Shown here piece after piece: positions 9,043-20,000 of a stretch of 20,000 bases of DNA (the first letter of the stretch is position 1; every line of letters starts with the position of its first letter). Made by a program: the position numbers and the translations under genes. The notes below the pieces were generated by a model. The model saw nothing but the letters and a program-made list of their open reading frames with translations, searched no databases and had not been told where the DNA came from. The DNA is from Spongospora subterranea f. sp. subterranea (taxonomy: Eukaryota), in NCBI GenBank assembly GCA_049724395.1, contig JAUGWO010000086.1, forward strand, positions 52,724 through 72,723, in the 5' to 3' direction.

Positions 9043-10622
9043 ATGGAAAATGGCGAACTTCACGATGATTTTGACATATGGGTGATGCGCTCCTTGCTTC
9101 AAATCTAGCGAATCTGATTGGTTTTAGCACAGCTCACATCGATCGGGGATTTCCTCAAAACCCCTTTCCGCAACATCCTTAATCAAGTGTTGTCTCGTGC
9201 GACAGAGTTTAGCTTCTCCTCATCAAGTTTACTGTTGAAGATTCTCGTTTTTTTGTGGGTTTGCTGTATACAAGTCCTTTTGTCGTTTTTTATATATTCC
9301 ATATTCTATTGGGTCTTGATTCCCCCGCAAAAGGAACAGAAGCCAATTTTCTTTGATTTCTCTCAACCTGCTCCTGGTGTTATCGTCTCCTTATCTGGCA
9401 ATCAATGGGATTATACATTGCACCATCTATCCTCGACCCCATATGGACCCTCACTTCTCAGATCAGGTCTAGCGTACGACATCGAAGTCGAATTTGTCAT
9501 GTCAACCAATGTGGTTGACAGCCATTATGGAATGTTGATGATAGAATCAACAGCATTAACTACAGCAAAGAACCAACTTTATCCATTATCGCATTCTAAA
9601 CGTCCAGTTCAAGTACATAAAGTGCCAAGAATAGCTCGATTAGCGCACGAGACGCTCTTCTTCGGCCTAGTTGCTCTTGGTTTCAACCCTCTAACCACGG
9701 TTATTACGACTCCAATATTTGAGGTCAGGTTATCCAGGTTTTGTACTCTCAGTGTGCTCTGAACCATTGCACATTTCAGCATTTTGTCGAGAGCGGTGAC
9801 CATCCCACTTCGAATATGAACGTGACTCTTATCCCTTCGTTTGGCCACATGGGGGAAATGCATCTCACCGATGCTCGTCTATCGTTCTACGTTCAGTTGT
9901 CTGGCTTAAGATGGGTTATTTATAAGTTCTTCTGGACGAGCGCCATTGTTGGGACAGCGATAATGAGTTTTTTCCAGATTCTGTGCACCGTTATCTTGAT
10001 AGCGGTGTACGCAACACGAATTCAAGGTAAAGATGATTCCTCAGAGGATTATGCGATTTCAAGGAAGGTTCAACGGCCACGAAGGGCTCCTGATTACGAT
10101 TCGCTGGATGATCATTCACCACACCCGCCACGAGATGAGGCTTCGTTTGGCACTCCATTTGGCGAGGATTCGCGCGACGACATCTTTTCAGAGGGGGCTT
10201 CTGGCGCAGAGCCTTCTTCGCACCCTGAAGATCATAATACCCCTTTGCAACCCGGCACCTCTGACATTTTTGAACCCTTTCTGCAACCACGTGAATCAGA
10301 TGACAATATGGACAGCTCTATCGATCTTCAAAACACTGCACTCATTGGCGACGATGTTCAAACCACTGCATTTATTAGCGAGGCATTGAAGCAAATCGTT
10401 GATGCCGTCGTAGCTGATGAACTCAACGAAATCATTGCGTCTGCCCCCGTGCGGCCCGAATTCATTCCAGTGCCCGATAATGTGTCGCAAGGCGTCCCCG
10501 AGATCAGGCGATCCAAAGGCAGGGTTGACCACTTGGCAATGAGAAGAATCGAGTCGGTATCTGATGAATGTGATGCGCCACTAATCGCAGGAGCTGTTGT
10601 AGAGGATATCATGACATCCTAG
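9043..10622 (+). CDS. BSCL2: Seipin (lipid-droplet biogenesis ER protein), 3 exons
   Basis: ATG 9043 with introns 9082-9132 and 9724-9779. TM1 ends in FYWVLIP, followed by PIFFDF, LLRSGLAYDIEVEF, GMLMI, SKRP, ARLSFYVQLSGLRWVIYKFFWTSAIVG (TM2) and an acidic low-complexity tail. This is the typical seipin layout. Confidence 0.9.
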
Positions 10623-10790
10623 CACTGACGGCGAGATGTTTTTCTGTCGCGTTATCTGATCCCTAAACTCGAATCAAACAAGTAATGCTCGCCACCCATA
10701 ATCAATACTATCCACGACAATTGTTAATGTCAATTGTTGTCGGTTATGTAATCATACAATGAACCTATCAAATTTCTACTTGAAACTGTA

Positions 10791-11789
10791 TTATGTGTTT
10801 TGCCCTTGTGAAATCTGAACAAACTGACAAGTCCCGTCGAATTTGGGCAGTTTAGCCAGGTGGTATTTCTCAATGATTGCAGGAGGTAGAAATCTTCCCC
10901 CAAGGTAATGCCTTCCCATGAAACGCATTGAGCACTTCTTCGGTGCCGATAATGACACCAATATCGACGCCTCTACCGCAGGGCCATCCTTTGTTGAACT
11001 GCCGCAAACTGGTCCAAGACAGACGATGATAAATTCCACAACGAATGCGCTAAGACTTGTACCAATTTACTATGATCGATCTGCCATCCCGACGGGATAT
11101 CAACGGCCAAACACGGTAATTTGGAATGATTGATCATGTTTGACTAGCCCTTCAAACGGCTCTCGTATTTTGCCATGAAAGCTGAATCCAAACATGGCAT
11201 CAATTATCATATCAAAATCTGTTCGAAGTGGACGGTTAGCCTGAAATCACAAGAGCTAGGTAGTGTGTCTGATTCTACCTCGGTCTAAAGTGTCAAAAGA
11301 AATTGAATCCCTCACTGAAATTCGGCAATCTTTACACTGAGCTATGAGATTCTATCAACACGATCAGCTCAAAACCTGATTGATTCTCCTTATGTACAAC
11401 TAAACTCGATAAATCTCCTTCTTTGGCGAAATTGGATATACAACTGTGGGAGTTGTACCGAAATGGGATAAATGGCGAGCGGCAACAAGACCATCGCCTC
11501 CATTATCTGGCTGATACGATTAGGACGATCAATGATAACAAGAGCTATTAACTTCCAGGGCCACAGATAATCAACGGCCGACGAAGACCTGGTTGGGCGT
11601 CTAGCGCGGCGCTAGCCACCGACAGTCCGGCGAGTTCCATTAGTTGATCTAACGAGAACGCATGGACTGACATTAGGTCATTATCCAGAGCAGCGGCCTC
11701 AGCTGCTGTCAGAAAACACTAAATCAAAACGAATCTGTCACCATCGATTGGATATAGCTACGAATACGGGCGCGTACAGAGCTGTCCAT
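10791..11789 (-). CDS. NAXE: NAD(P)H-hydrate epimerase (YjeF N-terminal domain), multi-exon
   Basis: Spliced [71 protein letters not shown] and [21 protein letters not shown]. Stop at 10791-10793. Confidence 0.93.
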
Positions 11790-12011
11790 CGTCAATGTTC
11801 TCCAATGTCTATTGTACTTTGTTGATCGAACGGACCAAGCACAAACCGGTATCCTTCTTCAAATCCGATCGAGGATTCGAAGGGTTTGGCGGGGAATATG
11901 AACCTGTAATAATCCCCTTTAAGCGTGTGATGGTCCATGAGGGTGCGCGCACTTCTATTACCACCAGACCTTAGTATTTCACATTCGATAAACGACAGAT
12001 TGGAGTATTTG

Positions 12012-13600
<1,589 letters not shown>

Positions 13601-14027
13601 TTCGATCTATTATATGAAGAATAAACTGGCAAAAACAGAAATTTTGCATAGACGCTAGGCCACAGAAATGTTCATATTTACGTCAGCTGAAATCATTACT
13701 GTTTCGAAAATGGTCGCCGAATTCCAACATTGGGGAAAGCGTGTACATTGCCAAGTTGCCTTTGTCGTTGGTTGGCGATTATCCGAGGTCACTGTCGGTG
13801 CTTGTAACGTCACAACCGTTTCTGCTTCAATAGGCAACAGTGCAACTGGGCCTGCCCTTCCCGGCCTGTGGGAGGTGTGGCCTCTCTACTGACTGTCGCC
13901 CGAGGCTGCTTGCTTATGCCACATAAGAGCGGAATAGTTATTAATATACACTCACCATATTGCGCGAACAACATATCGGGCAAAGTTGATCGCCATATCG
14001 GATAGGGATCAGGGCGCCTCATAAACC

Positions 14028-14863
<836 letters not shown>

Positions 14864-15044
14864 TCGGTCTAATATAATAATCGCGAATTCAAGTTATAGT
14901 CTTTTTCATCGCTCCTTTCTCAATCTCCTAATACACGTCTTACAATTATCGCTTCAACGTCCTAGATCGGCTGCCGAAATTCTGGAGTATCAAGGTCGTC
15001 GAGTGATCTACATGCTGACTATGTTTTCAATTTTTCGTTTATGT

Positions 15045-16844
15045 TCATCGGCTGTTATGATCAAGGAACAAAGGTAATCTTGCTGCGCTGTCCATCTCGC
15101 TTTGTCCTTGATCCTGATCCACCCAATGGCCGTTTTGCCACCTTTGCCGACATCGGGAAACAAATACTCCCTCGGCAAGATTTTCCAAACCTGCGAACTC
15201 CATGTAGTCGTTTAGACGGCGAACCTGAACAATTCAATTCAGAGCTGTTGTAGACGAAGTTGAATAGATGCCGACATTGCCCATTCCCAGATCGTTTATT
15301 TCACTCCTGTCGAAATCCACGTCGTTGGGTATAGTGGCATTCAACAAATATCTTGCTCGCGCCTCTGACTGTTTGCCTATTGGACCCCATGTTGGAGTTT
15401 CAACCTGCACGACGATTAAGAGATAGGATCAAACCGTTCCTCTCAAATTACATGCACGTTCTTCACTCTTGGGCTATAGTTATGAGCGACTAGATTGACA
15501 GCTGGTGTATAAAGATTCCAGCCAGATGTCCATAATCTGGCGGCAATTAATACTTCTTCGCCGTGAAATATATACCTAATCGTAGATTAGATACTAGGCG
15601 TGATTGTCATTGCAAGGCAGTACGGTAGATATTTGTCGAGGGGTGCGTCAATCAGGAAACCGCTATCTGCTGCGAAGAACCCCCCTCCCATAAATGGGCT
15701 CAAGCATGTCGTCCTTTTTCCGTTTGAGTTCAACGCCAATCCAGGAGACTTATTCTGATCGCGGCAAACATCTACAGTCGAGAGTTTCGATCAACGCACA
15801 CGGAAAAGGAATGAACTTTAACGGTCACTCAATACCTTGAGACTGCACAAACAGCCCGGGTGGGGCCTAGAGCACAGTTAAAGTCGAGCTATGCTATGAG
15901 CATCAAATGATATTATACCTGTTCGTGGTGTTTTGCCTCACAAATCCAGGTCACATCTGTCCCTAGTAGTTCGCCCTCGGAACCAGGCGGATAATGGGTT
16001 ATGACACTAAACGATGGCTTTGGAAGAGCGACCAGATTCGCAATCAGTAACGAATCCCAGTTCGGGGCGAACCACGAATGAGCATCAACTTGAGTAAAGT
16101 ACTGCTCTCCGTTCCAGAGTTTCGACGCGATGTAGCGGGCATGGGTTGGTCCACGAGCTCGGTTGGAGTCTATGCGAACCAGACGGACTCGGCTAAGCTC
16201 CGGTTGTGTTAATAAGGATTCACAGGGGATATCGTCGCTGGTCTCATCCAATTTAGTCTGGTCAACAACACCAACAAATATTCGTTCGGGCTGAATAGCA
16301 CTACCGGTAAGATTGGCGATTGGCGCCAAGCCCAGCAATTATACCTGGGATGCTTTGTCAAATATTGATCGCAGCGTTGAATGACATTTTGTGTCGCGAA
16401 AACTGGCCAATGAAACAAATATTGTCCCTGGGCGAACTCGACCCGAAATGAACATTTGATGCAGCCTTGACCGATAATCCACAACACTGTTTCCAGATCA
16501 ATTTGCAATCGCCTCTTGTGGATTTCATTTGATACCTTTCGTTATAAAAGGGAGCGTTGAAATCTGTATACATCGTCCTATAAAAATAAATTTGACCAGC
16601 TGCAAAAAACCGAAGGTTTATCCTACGTTTGAAGAGACTGAATACCGTTGAAGGCATCGTCGATATGATGAAAAGGGTTAGTGTCTAGATCATCGATCAT
16701 AAAAACTAGAAAGAGGAGCAGAAATGAAATGACAACCGATAATACAACGAACATGGCCCTTGAACTGAACGCGATGCGATTGAGCATTTTATCGACCCAT
16801 GATTTTTCTTCATCACGGCCGCGGCCAGCTCGGGAAAGGATCAT
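15045..16844 (-). CDS. GT60-family polypeptide/hydroxyproline alpha-N-acetylglucosaminyltransferase, type II membrane form, multi-exon
   Basis: N-terminal TM ([19 protein letters not shown]), [38 protein letters not shown] (DxH), [35 protein letters not shown] and [17 protein letters not shown]. Stop TGA at 15047-15045. Confidence 0.9.
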
Positions 16845-17053
16845 GATCAAATAAGGGATAATGGGGGATATCCCTTGCAGAATCGGTAGGGTTGTGATGA
16901 GAGATATTTCCTTGGCTCTGGAATATTGGATAGCCCGCCTGGTTTGGTACTCACTCAATCCACCTCGCAACTCCTATAGCGGTGCCTGACTTGAGGCCCC
17001 ATCGCTTTAAGGACAATGGAACAGAGGTCAGACAGATTACGCAATGGAATATA

Positions 17054-17065
17054 GGGGGGGGGGGG
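17054..17065. repeat. G12 homopolymer in the divergent intergenic region
   Basis: Twelve consecutive G seen directly in the sequence. Confidence 0.9.
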
Positions 17066-17993
17066 ATATGGCATGATCTAGAGCTATGGACCTGACAGGA
17101 CCCTCTACCAGTATCTATCTATGGTAATGGCAATAGGGTGGGATGGGGATCATATATATCACTGGGGCGTGGCCACTCCACAATCACCTTCTCAATCGTC
17201 TCAATGGATTTACTCCACAATCTACATGCAGATGGTGGAAGTAATTGAAGTCACGTTCAAGGGCGTAAGGAGATCAAATCGATCAAGGGCGATCAGATCA
17301 AAACCGACTGATTTTCGTTTCGGTAATCGTACGGAATGTATCAGCAGGGAATCGCTGTAGAACGTTTCTCGATTTCTAATCATAATTAAAGACGACTGCC
17401 TATCTTAATGCATCATTATGAGAGTATAGACATATATTGTCGCGTTGCCGCGATTCTAAAACAAGCTCTTGATCACAAAATCACAGGTTCATGATTCTTT
17501 GCCACCATCCATTCATGGGTTTGGCCAGTTCGTACACTGATCTTTCGGCCAGAAATGGCAAATCTGCAGTCCGCCATATCGCTTAGCTGCTCAAATCCAC
17601 TACCATCGCTAATTCAGAACGATTATCGGATTTCCGATACTAAACCTAGTAGTTAACAATATCGAGGAATTTCTGTAAGCCGTTAGTGAGGTACAACTGA
17701 GGACATCCTAGAGCAATTGGCCATGTTGCCTGGCAATGATTGTCGCCCTGCCCCGTTGGCTGTTCCGGACCCGAATATATATAATCGTCTCCTCCTGGAT
17801 ACCCCGTCTCTCTATCACCACAGGCCTATCACAACTGTCGGATTAACCCCATTATCATAGGGGCCTCAACAGGATCAGGCCAATTAGGCATTAGTCCAGG
17901 GCGGTTGATAGGCGCTAGATCGGAGCCGAATCAGGGGTAGACCTGGCCGCCGCCCAGGGATCCGTGCATCCCATCGACACTCTTGTCGTCGTC

Positions 17994-19940
17994 ATGGACT
18001 CGGACGCCTCAATCCCTCTATACCCGCCCAGATACCGCCGAGGGCATCTTACCCAATGGCAGGTGAAGATTGGCGATATGGTCAGGCAGGGACAGGTTAA
18101 GGCCTTGGATCCATGACCAATCAGGCAAATTGATTGATCAAACAGGTTATTGGGAAAATGAGCCAGGATCAGGTTTCTCAAGCTCTTGTTCATGATATCC
18201 ATTCACAACATTCGGGGACTGTTCAAGAATTAAAAGCTGGTGTTGGCGATATCATTGACTCTCAGTAAATTTTACCTCCTCAGTTTTTCTTGTCCCTTTT
18301 GAGTTTCAAATGCAGATCAGTTATTGCCATCCTTTCGTCATGTCGCCATCTATCTGATTATAAAGGTCTGTGCACATCTTGTGGGGCCGATGTCAGCATG
18401 TATGATCCTCCATCGTTATGTCGTTTTTAACTTAAAACGTGTCTCTAGAGCAAGGGATAACTCTGGTCAACCTCGAACGACTCTCAAAGTGTTCGGTAAA
18501 CAATCTTTAAATGTCACCAAAGAAGGTAATATTTGTGAGTGTATCTATTTGCCAGCATTAACTGTCAGGTTGTTTCGATTTCTCAGGATTGGAATGTTTG
18601 AAGAAATCACTTGGTGACGAATTACGGTCACGAAGGAAACTTCTACTGGTATTGGATTTAGATCATACTCTAGTTCATGCCACTGTTGACCCTAGGTAAG
18701 CTCTATCATATCCTTGCATACCCTAACTCACGTCCCTCTCGGTATCAGAGCGAAGGCCTGTGTAGATGATAAGAATACGGTTGAATTTCGCTTAAGCGGT
18801 CGGCCACATTATGTCAAGCTTCGACCAGGAACTCATTCGTTTCTCACGAATCTCCACAATTATTTCGATATTCAAGTGTTTACCTGGGGTGTCCGGGAAT
18901 ACGCCGAACGTATTGTAAACGCGTTGGACCCAGACGGCCAAGGTGAGTCTTTGACGATTATTTGCCTTATGTCTCAGGGCATGTTTGTTATAGTGATTAA
19001 GGGACGTATCACAGCCAGAGATGATCTGGAGATGGAGCTGGTTAATCGAAGAACTCCTCCACAGAAACAACTGGAAAGGTTGATTCCAGTTTGCAGGTCA
19101 ATGGCGTTGATCGTGGATGATAGTGCTGGAGTATAGGCGCGATTTTCGGTCGAATCTGATCGAGATTCGCAAGTTCATTTATTTTCCAATCGGATGCGAG
19201 TACGCTCACGGAAGAGCAGGAACGTCGTCGTTTGGAGCACCTGACGAGGTTCATGGCTTCGAACCTGCCGTTCTTCAGAACCACGAACAGGATAACGTAT
19301 TAGCTGGAATTGAGCGGATACTGATTCAGGTTCACGAGCAATATTTTCGATCTCAGAACAATACTGCTGACGTGAGGAAACTCCTTACAGATATAAAGAA
19401 ACAGGTTCTTCACGGGTATTACACTGTTTTTTGTTATCGTGATGAAACTGAATCAATTTATTTGAAACTAGGTGTGAGATTGCATTTACTTGTATATTCT
19501 CCATGAAACTCGGATCTTCAGTTATCACGTGAGGTGGTTGTGGCTCAGGAGTTGGGGGCAGTTGTTGTCCCTGATATCACCCTCCATACTACACACCTTA
19601 TTGCAAGGTCATCTGCATCGTCCACCAAAATTAAAGAAGCAGGATCTATCATCTCCCTCGTCGTCAAACTGCTCATGCTCTTCGAACATATTGTCCACAT
19701 TGGTACGTCATTTAGTGTACTCATTCTGTTTAACGTACCAAAATTGTTATCCACGTAGATTGGTTATCAGCTTGTGCTGCCGATTTCGTTCATGTCGATG
19801 AGCAGGAGTTCAATGGAGGCAAGTATAAATCTGGGGATGTGTCAAAAAGTCAGCCATCTTGATCCATCATCTATTCGTGTCCCGGATTCCCCAGTAACGC
19901 CTCCCAACCTCTCTGCTCCTTCTGTTGAAACAACATCGTA
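17994..19940 (+). CDS. FCP1: RNA polymerase II CTD phosphatase FCP1/CPL3-4 type (HAD + BRCT), multi-exon, apparent +1 insertions, 3' end uncertain
   Basis: Lipoyl-like N-terminus (QWQVKIGDMVRQGQVIG), SCRH..GLCTSCGAD, KLLLVLDLDHTLVHAT (DxDxT), YVKLRPG, VFTWGVREYA..LDPDG, IVDD and NLIEI. BRCT: VLHGCEIAF..AQELGA..TTHLIA..IVHIDWLSAC. Confidence 0.93.
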
Positions 19941-20000
19941 ATCAAAAAAGCGTTTTGATCTGGTGATAAAGTTCCGGGCGAGCGCCGAAAGTGAGGGATC

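Noticed and set aside
13730..14022. RNase MRP/P or SRP RNA upstream of Rab8 (GGGGAAAG, ATAGTTA, TGTAA, CAGGCCGGGAAGGGCAG)
   Set aside because: P4 lacks the bulged U and the CCCC/GGGG helix, there is no GARAR loop, the SRP helix-8 AGCA is absent, and motif spacing is inconsistent.

Overview
Gene-dense eukaryotic nuclear DNA with many ~50-nt spliceosomal introns, probably a protist; a plasmodiophorid-like origin is only a guess. In order: an NSUN2/Trm4-type RNA m5C methyltransferase (+), a 4x24-bp minisatellite, two tandem NXPE/PC-esterase (SGNH) paralogs (+, the second with a +1 frameshift), seipin (+), NAD(P)HX epimerase (-) head-to-head with class III ADH/GSNOR (+), Rab8/RabE (+), a GT60 polypeptide alpha-GlcNAc transferase (-), and an FCP1-type CTD phosphatase (+, apparent single-base insertions, running toward the window end). 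The most unusual feature is the ~1.2-kb gap at 7750-8970, which has no convincing ORF. Its minus strand is densely structured, with several stems needing G-U pairs available only on that strand. It carries U3 snoRNA hallmarks: a box A-like motif, three blocks complementary to the 18S rRNA 5' end, and C'/D and B/C-like motifs held by long-range helices. It reads as an unusually large U3-like RNA, possibly split by a ~570-nt structured intron. All reference-sequence comparisons are from memory and all folding is by eye.
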